Assembly (NCBI GenBank): GCA_026416195.1
Contig: JAOAFQ010000191.1
Coordinates: 28,719 to 92,718, forward strand
DNA from: Candidatus Aminicenantes bacterium
GTDB taxonomy: Bacteria; Acidobacteriota; Aminicenantia; Aminicenantales; CALLJL01
Length of the DNA stretch: 64,000 bases
Direction: 5' to 3'
A model generated the notes under the pieces. That model was given only the letters and a program-made list of their open reading frames with translations. It was not told the DNA's origin and searched no databases. Position numbers and translations under genes: made by a program. Of the stretch, positions 39,259-48,556 are shown in pieces. Each line of letters starts with the position of its first letter. Position 1 is the stretch's first letter.

Positions 39259-39481
39259 AACTCAGGCTGTCATTCAGGCCAGAATAGAAGGAGTCGTTAT
39301 CCTTGAAGCGACTACTGATATTTACGGTCGAGTCCAGAACGTCAAAGTTATCCGCTCTGTTCCCCTTCTTGACCAGGCCGCGATCGACGCAGTGCGGCAA
39401 TGGATTTACGAGCCCATGATCATTAACGGCCGTCCCCGCGGCGTCATCTTCATCGTTACTATTACCTTTCAGTTAAGATAA
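39188..39481 (+). pseudogene. TonB C-terminal domain fragment (out of frame with the upstream anti-sigma ORF)
   Basis: The frame open from 39188 encodes ...IQARIEGVVILEATTDIYGRVQNVKVIRSVPLLDQAAIDAVRQWIYEPMIINGRPRGVIFIVTITFQL, a clear TonB_C signature. It has no start codon, no TM segment and no Pro-rich spacer. Confidence 0.55.
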
Positions 39482-40110
39482 TTTCAGCTGATTAGCCAAA
39501 AGGAGGCCCAGAAAATAATCAAAGGATTTAGCCTCCGGATTCTGACGGTTTTAATAATAGTTTATTTTATTCCAGCGCAAGAAAGAGAACTCTAATTGTC
39601 AAGCCATTAGAACCAGTTGAAACTAAGCTTATCTCCAGAATAGATATGACTATAAACTGGTTGAAAGCGGAAGAAATATATGATGGAAAGGAAAAATTTC
39701 TAAAACGCCAAGAATAAAATTACTTGCGAAAAATATCGCCTCTGATTATTTCCCAAAAGCCTAGATATCAAAGAAAAAAGATATATTTTTCGAATTGAAA
39801 TGGAGAAAGTATCAGTTGAAGAAGAAAACGTCAGCTCATCTAAGATAATTGTTTCTAACCTTGATAGCCGAACCAAAGATTTATCTTCTGGCCATTACCA
39901 TAAGACTTGATTTGGACAACCCAGATGGAAGATTAGCTACCCATCTTTCTTGGATTATTTGATAAAATCGATTTGTTCAATTATATTCAATTTGGCCTTA
40001 AAACCTAAGGTTCAGTTCAAGAAATTCGGTGGCCGCCAAAAATAGACAATTGTCTTGAATTTAATTGAACTAAAAAATAATTAAATTTTTATAAAATGGA
40101 GGGTGATAAA

Positions 40111-41193
40111 ATGAAAAAGCCCTTGGCTCAAATTTTTTTCTGGATTTTTGTTATTTTTGTTTTCGGGCTCGCTTCCAGGACTCAAATCCACGCTCAGGTT
40201 AAAAAGATAGCCTACATACCAAAACCTGGCGATTACAAGTATACTTTCGGCCAGCATAAACCAGTTATGCGGATAAAACCGGGCTGGGTAGTTGAAACCA
40301 CGACCGAGGATTGTTACGATGGCCGGGTTAAATCGCCGCAAGATATTCCCACGCAGGTTATTCCCCCAGATCATGACAATCCCCAAACTGGACCTTTTTT
40401 TGTTGAGGGAGCCGAACCGGGCGACACGTTAGCGGTTCATCTTTTAAAGCTCGAACCCGCTCGGGATTACGGAATTAGTAGTTATTTCCCTTATTTTGGG
40501 GCCCTAAGTGTCACTGATTATACAGCTCTTCTCCATCCTCCTCTTCCCGAAAAAGTTTGGTGGTACGAAATAAATAATCAAAACAAAACAGTTCGATTTA
40601 AAGCTCTGAATGGCCATTTTTCCTGCGAAATCCCAATGAGACCTTTTCTAGGTTGCCTCGGCGTAGCCCCTGCTCGTAATGAAGCTCGTTGGACGGTGGT
40701 GCCTGAAGCTTTTGGTGGCAATCTTGATTTTCCCGAAGTAAAAGAAGGAAATACAATCTATTTACCCGTTAATGTTAAAGGAGCCCTTCTTTTTATGGGC
40801 GATGGTCATCTTGTTCAAGGCGATGGAGAAATTATCGGCACTGCAGTCGAAGCGGCAATGAAAGTCACCTTTGTGGTTGAGGTCATTAAAAATTGGAAAA
40901 TAAGTTGGCCTCGAGTTGAAAGCGATGAATTTATTATGAGTGTCGGTAGCTATCGCCCTCTTGAGGATGCCTTTCGGATTGCCCACAAAGATATGGTGAC
41001 TTGGCTAATTAATGATTTCGGCTTAGAAATGATGGATGCCTATCAACTGCTCTCACAGGTTGGTCAAGCTAAAATTGCTCAAGTAGTCGATCCTAATTAC
41101 ACCGTGGCCGCCTGCTTTCCTAAAAAATATTTGCCTGATATTAATAAATTAAAAACACCTCATAACAAGTTAAAATCAATTGTCATTAAATAA
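40111..41193 (+). CDS. acetamidase/formamidase (FmdA_AmdA) family protein with a Sec-type signal peptide
   Basis: A GGAGGG RBS precedes the ATG at 40111. The signal reads MKKPLAQIFFWIFVIFVFGLASRTQIHA. The roughly 335-aa mature part is FmdA/AmdA-like. Confidence 0.75.
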   Translation: MKKPLAQIFFWIFVIFVFGLASRTQIHAQVKKIAYIPKPGDYKYTFGQHKPVMRIKPGWVVETTTEDCYDGRVKSPQDIPTQVIPPDHDNPQTGPFFVEGAEPGDTLAVHLLKLEPARDYGISSYFPYFGALSVTDYTALLHPPLPEKVWWYEINNQNKTVRFKALNGHFSCEIPMRPFLGCLGVAPARNEARWTVVPEAFGGNLDFPEVKEGNTIYLPVNVKGALLFMGDGHLVQGDGEIIGTAVEAAMKVTFVVEVIKNWKISWPRVESDEFIMSVGSYRPLEDAFRIAHKDMVTWLINDFGLEMMDAYQLLSQVGQAKIAQVVDPNYTVAACFPKKYLPDINKLKTPHNKLKSIVIK

Positions 41194-41371
41194 GATTCTT
41201 GAATGCGAAGGATGTAGCCCTTTTTGCTTCCATAATATATGCCAATAAATTGAGCCCTCAAGGGATTGCCAAAAGATAAATTCCTTTAGTTCCTTTTAAA
41301 ATTACAAAAGAAAAAATTAATTCAATCTAAGATTTTTAAAAGGTCATTTTCTTTAGATTCAAGTTGCCCGC

Positions 41372-43462
41372 TTATTTTTTCATCTCCAAGGCCGAAGAGT
41401 AACTTGATCGCCAGACTAAGAAAAGACCGAGGATCGAAAGAATTATTAAACTTAAAAGATAGGAAGGCTGGCGGAAAAGGGCGGGAAGTTCAACCTCAGC
41501 AAAAGCAAGGGTCGCAAACAAAATACCGATCAGCGCTTCTCCCGCAATCATTCCCGAAGCCAACAATGTTCCCAAATTATTAGCTCTCTCTTTTTTCTCA
41601 GCCTCAAATTTTTTAGCTTCACTCAACTTATCAAGCAGGGCTTTGAAGAGGCCGCCAAGAAAAATAGCAAAAGAAGTATCAATAGGCAGATACATGCCAA
41701 CGGCTATTAACATGGGACTTCGCACTTGCATCAAGATAAAAGCAAAACCCATAAACATGCCGGCCAAAATTAAAATCCATTCTGTTCGGCGCTCAAAAAT
41801 GCCCCGAGCCACAGCGGCCATTAAACTTGCCTGAGGGGCTGGAATCTTTTCGCCGCCAAAACCAGCGTTGGTTTTAAGAATTTCGTTTTGCATCTCAGGC
41901 GGCATTGTTTTAATTTCTTCAAGGAAATAGGTTCGAGCAGGAATACTTTTAATTTGGCCATCATAAGTTATTTCTGTAATTCCAGCTTTTTCCAACTCAG
42001 CAATCTTCATGGTTACCGTTTGTTTGATATTGCCTAAGTGAAGAACAGAAAGAACAAAAAACATAATCAAAGCCGCCGCTATAACCCCAAAAATGTCGCC
42101 AAGTTGCATTTTCCAGGGAGTGCAACCAAGAATATGGCCAGCTTTGAGATCTTGCATCATCTCCCCAGCCACTGAGACCGAAACACAAGTGAAGGCAGCC
42201 ACCACCAGGGCAGCAGAAATGCCATTTACTCCCTGTAACCCAAAAAGAACCATGACAAAAGCCACGATAATCATAACCGAAACAGTTAAACCACTTGTTG
42301 GATTACTGCTGACCCCAATAATCCCCACCAAATACCCAGAGACAGCAGCAAAGACAAAACCAAGCAAAATCATAAGGAGGACTGCCACTAGCGAAGCTGG
42401 TGTATTCTGGGCATAATGATGAAAAATAAAAAAAACGATGAGCGCGACGGCCACAGCCACCGTTATCGCCCACTTAAGATTTAGATCTCGATCAGTCCGA
42501 GGCAACATTGCGGCAATCCCTTTACTGCCTTCCTTCAGCATAGCTAGAGAACGAGCCATCCCTTGGGCTAAACTTTTCCTCATTCGAAAAAGAGTATAAA
42601 AAGCACCCACCAACATGCCGCCGATGGCAATATAGCGGACATAATCCCGCCAGACGCGGGTTATCTCAACTGTCCAATCAGTGACCCGCGCTAAATCTTG
42701 ATAATTAAAAAAGAAAGCTAAAACGGGCGCTAACAAGCCCCAAGCCAAAAGGCCACCACTAAAATTAATTGAGGCCAGCTTAGGCCCAATTATAAAACCT
42801 ACCCCCAGAAAAGCCGGGCTGGCTTCTGGGCCACGAAGAAGCAGCTTGGCCCGACCAACAGAAACTACCTGCTGCCATTTAGCCGCAATCGCTTTAAATT
42901 CAGTCAAAAAAGTAAAAAAAGCACCTAAGGCCATGCCAGTTAAAAGATGGCCAGCTCCTTTAGCTCCTTTTTGGCCAGCTTTATGAATTTCAGCTGCCGC
43001 CACTGATTCAGGGAAAGGCAGCTCCCGATCATTAATAAGAACTCGACGGGTTATGGTGACGAACATTATTCCCAGGACAGCGCCGACAATCAAAATGGCT
43101 GTCGCTCTTAAATAATTTTCAGGTTGGTAAAAAGGAAGCCAGATACCTGTAATGAAAAAGGCTGGTAAGGTAAAGATGGCCCCTGAAGCGACATTACCGC
43201 CTATTGAGCCGACCGTCCGAGCGCAATTTTCCTCGAGAATTGTGCCTCCCAAAGCTTTAATTACCGCCATTCCAATAACGGCCGTAGTATAGGTAGCCGC
43301 AATCGTCATTCCTGCTTTGAGGCCAAGATAAGCATTAGCTGCTCCCATGAAGGCAGCTAAAACGAGGCCAAGCAAAACAGCTCGAAAGGTAAACTCTTTC
43401 ATTTCCATCTCTGGCGGGACTAAAGGTTTAAAACTATTTTCCTCCATCTTGATCTCCTTCAA
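41372..43462 (-). CDS. OPT-family oligopeptide transporter
   Basis: The 696-aa ORF has about 16 predicted TM segments, with length and hydropathy typical of the OPT superfamily. Confidence 0.8.
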   Translation of the reverse strand: MKEIKMEENSFKPLVPPEMEMKEFTFRAVLLGLVLAAFMGAANAYLGLKAGMTIAATYTTAVIGMAVIKALGGTILEENCARTVGSIGGNVASGAIFTLPAFFITGIWLPFYQPENYLRATAILIVGAVLGIMFVTITRRVLINDRELPFPESVAAAEIHKAGQKGAKGAGHLLTGMALGAFFTFLTEFKAIAAKWQQVVSVGRAKLLLRGPEASPAFLGVGFIIGPKLASINFSGGLLAWGLLAPVLAFFFNYQDLARVTDWTVEITRVWRDYVRYIAIGGMLVGAFYTLFRMRKSLAQGMARSLAMLKEGSKGIAAMLPRTDRDLNLKWAITVAVAVALIVFFIFHHYAQNTPASLVAVLLMILLGFVFAAVSGYLVGIIGVSSNPTSGLTVSVMIIVAFVMVLFGLQGVNGISAALVVAAFTCVSVSVAGEMMQDLKAGHILGCTPWKMQLGDIFGVIAAALIMFFVLSVLHLGNIKQTVTMKIAELEKAGITEITYDGQIKSIPARTYFLEEIKTMPPEMQNEILKTNAGFGGEKIPAPQASLMAAVARGIFERRTEWILILAGMFMGFAFILMQVRSPMLIAVGMYLPIDTSFAIFLGGLFKALLDKLSEAKKFEAEKKERANNLGTLLASGMIAGEALIGILFATLAFAEVELPALFRQPSYLLSLIILSILGLFLVWRSSYSSALEMKK

Positions 43463-43607
43463 TGATCTATAAAAATATCAAGGCATCGAAATTTTATCTT
43501 TTGTCAATTAATGAAGCAACTTCCTTATACCTAAATGAGTTTTCGTCTTTAGGCAATTTAAATTAGTAGAACAAACTTAGGATTTTTATTAAAATAATAG
43601 AAAAAGC

Positions 43608-44813
43608 TTATCGATAAGCGATAAACTCTTTGCCTAAAAGCTCTCGCCCAACAATTATTTTCATTATTTCGACAGTTCCTTCGGCCCAGTAATAGCTGCG
43701 CACACCCCTTAAAGCTAAATGTAAAGGACATTCTTCAGTATAACCAAAAGCGCCGAAACACTGAATGGCTTCATTAATGGCCTCGAAGGCAAAAACTGGG
43801 GCTAACATCTTGGCCTCAGCACATAATCTTGTTGTTTCCCATCTTGATTTTTTTCCTCGCTGCTCTTCTCCATAAGTCCACAAAGCTCGATAGCCGAGGA
43901 GTTTTGCCGCCTCCAACTTAGCCCAGTTTTCAGCCACTTTAAATTGAAGGCCTTCAAATTTACCTATCGGTTGGCCGAAAGCTTGCCTAATTTTCAGGTA
44001 GTCCATTGCCTGAGAAAGAGCGCTTTGAGCCGCACTACTACTCACCACGGCAATTAAAGCTCTGGCTAAATCAAAACCCTCCATGGCATAGTAAAAACCT
44101 TTATTCTCTTGGCCAATTAAGTAATTTTCGGGAATAACTACATCCTCCATCGCAAAGCCACCGGTTGAAATGCCTCGACGACCCCATTCTTCAAGATAAG
44201 TGGGGGAGATACCTCTTGTCCCTTTCACCGGAACATAAAAAAGACTGATTCCTTTAGCTCCCCTTTGGAATTCAGTTTTAGCTAAAGTTACGTAGCCTCC
44301 TCCTTTGGGCAACTGATTCAAGATTTCAGCCAAACCGCTTATAAACATTTTTTCCCCATTTAAAATATAAGCTTTATCGCGCTTGTCAGCCCTTGTTTTA
44401 ATATTAGCCACATCAGAACCAGCTTCGGGCTCAGTTGAAGCAATGCCAAGAAAAGCTTGTCCTTTCGTCACCCAGGGAAGAATAGCCTCTTTGGCCTCTC
44501 TTTGGCCGTATTTATCCAAGACATAGCCCCAGGCACATTGAACAAGGAAAAAAGTCGGAACAGCACAGGAAAAATCAGCTTTGGCCAACTCTTCGGCCAC
44601 TACCCCAGTTGTCACCGGATCAGCCGCTGAGCCTCCAAATTCAGGCGAAACAGTCATTCCCAAAATTCCAAGATCAGCTAATCCCTTGATAATGGAATCC
44701 GGAATTTTTTTCTCTTCATCTATCTTTTTAACATAGGGCTTAATTTCGGCCTGAGCTAGTTCAGCCACGGCCTCTTTGATCATCTTTTGTTCTTCGTTCA
44801 ATTCAAAATCCAT
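43608..44813 (-). CDS. acyl-CoA dehydrogenase
   Basis: It opens with MDFELNEEQKMIKEAVAELA, a classic ACAD start, and has C-terminal ACAD helices and a catalytic Glu region (YAMEGFDLAR). Start is moved to the Met at 44813; the track start is 44831. Confidence 0.85.
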   Translation of the reverse strand: MDFELNEEQKMIKEAVAELAQAEIKPYVKKIDEEKKIPDSIIKGLADLGILGMTVSPEFGGSAADPVTTGVVAEELAKADFSCAVPTFFLVQCAWGYVLDKYGQREAKEAILPWVTKGQAFLGIASTEPEAGSDVANIKTRADKRDKAYILNGEKMFISGLAEILNQLPKGGGYVTLAKTEFQRGAKGISLFYVPVKGTRGISPTYLEEWGRRGISTGGFAMEDVVIPENYLIGQENKGFYYAMEGFDLARALIAVVSSSAAQSALSQAMDYLKIRQAFGQPIGKFEGLQFKVAENWAKLEAAKLLGYRALWTYGEEQRGKKSRWETTRLCAEAKMLAPVFAFEAINEAIQCFGAFGYTEECPLHLALRGVRSYYWAEGTVEIMKIIVGRELLGKEFIAYR

Positions 44814-45073
44814 AGTCTCTCCTTTCTTCATTCAAGCTTTGGCTAGCTATAAGGCCAATTTAACTATTCCATATAAAAAGATCAAATCGAAAGTCTGATT
44901 TGATCAATTCAAAAAATTTTAATTTAGCTCTGTTTGATGATTTAATCTGATAATGCAGGAAAAGCTAGCTATAATTTAATGAAAATTGGCCAAGTCATTG
45001 GATAGTCTATTCGGAAACTGAAGATTGACTAGAATTGACTGTTAAATTTTGATATTTTTTAAAAGACCTTTAG

Positions 45074-46762
45074 ATGGAAAAAGCTAAGCTAAAATTGCCA
45101 GAGTTCTATTTAAAAAATAAAAGAGTTTTGGCTTCTTATCGTCTTCTTAATTGTTTTATTGTGGCCATAAGCTTTCTTAGTTGCCTCTTCTGCCTGTTTT
45201 CTTATTCTTACCCTCCCTCTAAGATTAAAAGCTTAGCCATTACTACTTCCTCTTCTTTAGATTGTCAATCAAATCTACCAAATGATGATAATTTGAAGAT
45301 AGGGTCAGCCCCATCATCTTTTCAATTAGTCGCCTCGCAAGAAAAGAAAAAGGAGCGTTACCTAATTCGAGTGAGAGGAAAAAGAGAAAACCTTCAGACT
45401 TTAACTTCTCGACCTTTGGATTTCGCTACCTCGGCTTTCAAGGATCATCTTGATATTATTGTGACTGAAGATGAACTTACAGAACTCCTTGCCTCGGGCT
45501 TTCAAATTACAATTATTCAACGGGAAACCGAAGCAGCCGCTCAGGGATTTGATCCCCTCTATCACACCTATGAAGAAACCATTGCTTGCCTAAACCAAGC
45601 CGAAATTACCTATCCTCACCTTGCTAAATTATTTGTAATTGGTCAGAGTACACGCTTTGGATTTCCCATTTATGCTCTCAAGATTTCCGATAATGTTGGA
45701 CAAGAAGAAGACGAACCGACTATTTTGATCGACGGTCTCCATCATGCTCGCGAACCTTTGGGCAATGAAATCTGTTTAGCTTTTATTGAATATTTATTAA
45801 ATAATTATGGACGATCGCCAAGAGTAATTAACTGGGTTGACGATTATGAAATTTGGGTTATTCCTATTCTCAATCCTGAAGGTTATAAATATATCGTTGA
45901 TAATAATCTGTCTTCACCTTGGTGGCGTAAAAATTTGAGGGATAATAACCATAATGGCCGGATCGATCCTGACTATGATGGCGTTGACCTTAATCGTAAC
46001 TACGATTATAACTGGATCTATGGCGGCTCCACCAATCCAGCCGATTGGACTTATCGCGGCCCATCGGCTTTTTCTGAAAAGGAAACTCAAGCTAAAAGAG
46101 ATTTGGCCCTTAGACAAAAGTTTGTAGTTTCGGTGACCTATCATAGCTATGGCGAGGAAGTAATGTATTGTTGGTCTTGGCCTAATTCTGGGGCCAGGGC
46201 CCCTGATCATGATCTTATTTATGAAATTGCTTCAGAAATGGCCAAAAGAATAAAAAATGAAGCTGGAACGGGAACATATTCTTTGGCTCGTTTATCTGGG
46301 GCTAACCAAAGTCCAATCTGGATGTATGGAGCTCTTGGCACTCTTGAATTTCTAATTGAAACCGGAACCTCTTTCATTCCCCCTGGCTATAAAATTAAAC
46401 CTATCATTGAGGCCAATCTCGAAGGCCTTTTCTATCTTTTAGATAGATTAAAAGAGTCAGGAATAAGAGGGAAAATTTTAGATTTAATTACCAGGCAACC
46501 ACTTGAGGCTGAAATCTCTGTCTTGGAAATTGACAACTTTCAGTATATCCAACCTCGGACCAATGACCCTCTAACCGGAAGTTTTATTCGTTTACTAAGA
46601 CCGGGAAAATACACCCTTCTCGTCGGTGCGGCTAATTATCTACCCAAATTTATTTCTTTAACTATTGGCCAGGAAATGACTAATCAAGAAATTCTCCTAA
46701 GGCCAGAAAGCTATAACCTCAAGAAAACTGAAAGATTGAGAAAAAATTCAAACTTACCCTAA
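45074..46762 (+). CDS. M14 zinc carboxypeptidase, membrane-anchored, with a C-terminal beta-rich domain
   Basis: It has an N-terminal TM anchor. The zinc ligand motif LIDGLHHAREPLGNE fits HxxE, and a downstream His region is present. The C-terminal roughly 100 aa is carboxypeptidase-regulatory-like. Confidence 0.8.
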   Translation: MEKAKLKLPEFYLKNKRVLASYRLLNCFIVAISFLSCLFCLFSYSYPPSKIKSLAITTSSSLDCQSNLPNDDNLKIGSAPSSFQLVASQEKKKERYLIRVRGKRENLQTLTSRPLDFATSAFKDHLDIIVTEDELTELLASGFQITIIQRETEAAAQGFDPLYHTYEETIACLNQAEITYPHLAKLFVIGQSTRFGFPIYALKISDNVGQEEDEPTILIDGLHHAREPLGNEICLAFIEYLLNNYGRSPRVINWVDDYEIWVIPILNPEGYKYIVDNNLSSPWWRKNLRDNNHNGRIDPDYDGVDLNRNYDYNWIYGGSTNPADWTYRGPSAFSEKETQAKRDLALRQKFVVSVTYHSYGEEVMYCWSWPNSGARAPDHDLIYEIASEMAKRIKNEAGTGTYSLARLSGANQSPIWMYGALGTLEFLIETGTSFIPPGYKIKPIIEANLEGLFYLLDRLKESGIRGKILDLITRQPLEAEISVLEIDNFQYIQPRTNDPLTGSFIRLLRPGKYTLLVGAANYLPKFISLTIGQEMTNQEILLRPESYNLKKTERLRKNSNLP

Positions 46763-46884
46763 CTTTATGATTTCAAAATCCTTGTCTTCTTTATCTGGAT
46801 AAAAATTTAATTATTCTTTTCTTTTTCTAATCAATTAAAGTAGAATTTAAATTCCTTGATTGCCTCAATGATAAGGAGGCACTA

Positions 46885-46977
46885 ATGACAAAAGCTGTTT
46901 TGGGACTAATTATCCTTCCGCTGACCATTATTCTTTTGTCTTTTATTTTTGGTCTGAGGAAGGGAGGTTCGAAATGA
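46885..46977 (+). CDS. 30-aa hydrophobic micropeptide translationally coupled to the SSS transporter
   Basis: An AAGGAGG RBS lies 7 nt upstream. The peptide reads MTKAVLGLIILPLTIILLSFIFGLRKGGSK. Its stop TGA overlaps the downstream ATG (ATGA) at 46974. Confidence 0.3.
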   Translation: MTKAVLGLIILPLTIILLSFIFGLRKGGSK

Positions 46978-48479
46978 CTCAAACTGTCTTTGCAGTTAAC
47001 ACTTGGACCGTAGTGGCTTTTGTTCTTTATTTAGTCGCGATGGTGGCCATTGGCCTTTTGACCACCCGTTTCTCTTCCTCCGGTCTCGCTGAATTCTTTC
47101 TCGGGGGCCGACAAATGAAATCTTTTGTCGTCGCTTTGGCCGCTGTAACTTCCGGTCGGTCGGCCTGGCTTTTAATTGCCGTGGCTGGTATGGCTTTTAC
47201 GAGGGGGGCATCAGCTATTTGGACAGTTGTAGGTTACATTCTGATGGAACTTTTTCTTTTCCTCGGCCCTGGAAAGAGACTGCGTCGCTTTACTGGCCAA
47301 ATGGACGATTTAACCATTCCTGATTTTTTGGCCAGCCGAATGGCTGATAAAACTCATTTAATAAGAGTCGCCACTGTTCTTCCTATTCTTATCTTTATGG
47401 TCAGCTACGTTTCCGCCCAATTCACCGCCGGGGCCAAGACCTTAGCTGCCAGTTTTGGTTCAAGCCAAACCGTTGGCCTTCTGATCACAGCCGGAATTGT
47501 TGTTTTTTACACGATGATGGGGGGATTTCTCGCTATCTGTCTAACGGATGTGGTTCAAGCCTGTCTAATGATTTTTGCCTTAGTCATTTTGCCTATCATA
47601 GCAATAATTCATCTGGGGGGTCTGACAGTTTTATTTCGCTCTTTAGAGGCTCTTAACCCTCAATTCATTGACCCTTTTGCCCTTTCGGTCGGGACATTTA
47701 TCAGTTTTCTTGGTATCGGCTTTGGCTCACCTGGAAATCCTCACATTTTGAATAAACATATGTCAATTGACGATCCAGAGAAGCTTCCCCGCACAGGCAT
47801 CATTGCAACTTGTTGGAATGTTATTATGGCGTGGGGTTCAGTTTACATTGGTCTGGCTGGCCGAGTTATTTTTAAAGATATAAAAGCCCTACCCAATCAG
47901 GATCCAGAAAATATCTATCCTCTGCTTGCTTCTCAGCATCTTCATCCTTTTATTTACGGGCTAACGATAGCGGCTATCTTTGCCGCTATTATGTCGACAG
48001 CTGACTCTCAGCTTTTAGTGGCCTCCTCTGCTATTGTTCGTGACCTTTATCAAAAAATTTTTGCTATCAAAAAACCTCTCGACCAAAAAAAGCTTGTTTT
48101 TTGGGGGCGAGTAGCTACTTTTCTTCTGGCCATTGTAGCCCTCATCATGGGTTTCATGGCTAAAAAGCTTGTTTTTTATCTTGTTCTTTTTGCATGGGGC
48201 GGCTTAGGAGCTGCTCTTGGTCCGTCCATTCTTCTTTCTCTTTACTGGCCTCGTCTAACCAAATGGGGGGTAATATCAGGGATAATTGTGGGCACTGCTG
48301 TCGAAATAATTTGGTATTCTCAAGCCCAACTAAAAGCCTTAGTTTCCGAATGGGTCCCCGCTACTGGGCTTTCTTTAATAACTGTAATTATTGTTAGCTT
48401 AATGACTAAACCACCAGAACAAGCCGAAGCCTTATTAAAAATTATGTCTGAAAAAACTGAAATAAGTAGAAACCAATAA
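46974..48479 (+). CDS. sodium:solute symporter (SSS, PutP/PanF-like)
   Basis: The 501-aa ORF has 13–14 TM segments with SSS-family organisation. Confidence 0.85.
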   Translation: MTQTVFAVNTWTVVAFVLYLVAMVAIGLLTTRFSSSGLAEFFLGGRQMKSFVVALAAVTSGRSAWLLIAVAGMAFTRGASAIWTVVGYILMELFLFLGPGKRLRRFTGQMDDLTIPDFLASRMADKTHLIRVATVLPILIFMVSYVSAQFTAGAKTLAASFGSSQTVGLLITAGIVVFYTMMGGFLAICLTDVVQACLMIFALVILPIIAIIHLGGLTVLFRSLEALNPQFIDPFALSVGTFISFLGIGFGSPGNPHILNKHMSIDDPEKLPRTGIIATCWNVIMAWGSVYIGLAGRVIFKDIKALPNQDPENIYPLLASQHLHPFIYGLTIAAIFAAIMSTADSQLLVASSAIVRDLYQKIFAIKKPLDQKKLVFWGRVATFLLAIVALIMGFMAKKLVFYLVLFAWGGLGAALGPSILLSLYWPRLTKWGVISGIIVGTAVEIIWYSQAQLKALVSEWVPATGLSLITVIIVSLMTKPPEQAEALLKIMSEKTEISRNQ

Positions 48480-48556
48480 ATTAAAAAAATTATTAAAAAA
48501 ACCTAATTTTTAAACTAATTTTAATTTTTAAACAATTATTTTAGAAGGGAGTAACC

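Noticed and set aside
43600-43620. 12-bp palindrome cttatcgataag at the acyl-CoA dehydrogenase stop as a terminator
   Set aside because: It has no downstream T-run and overlaps the stop codon. It is likely a coincidental palindrome containing a ClaI-like site.
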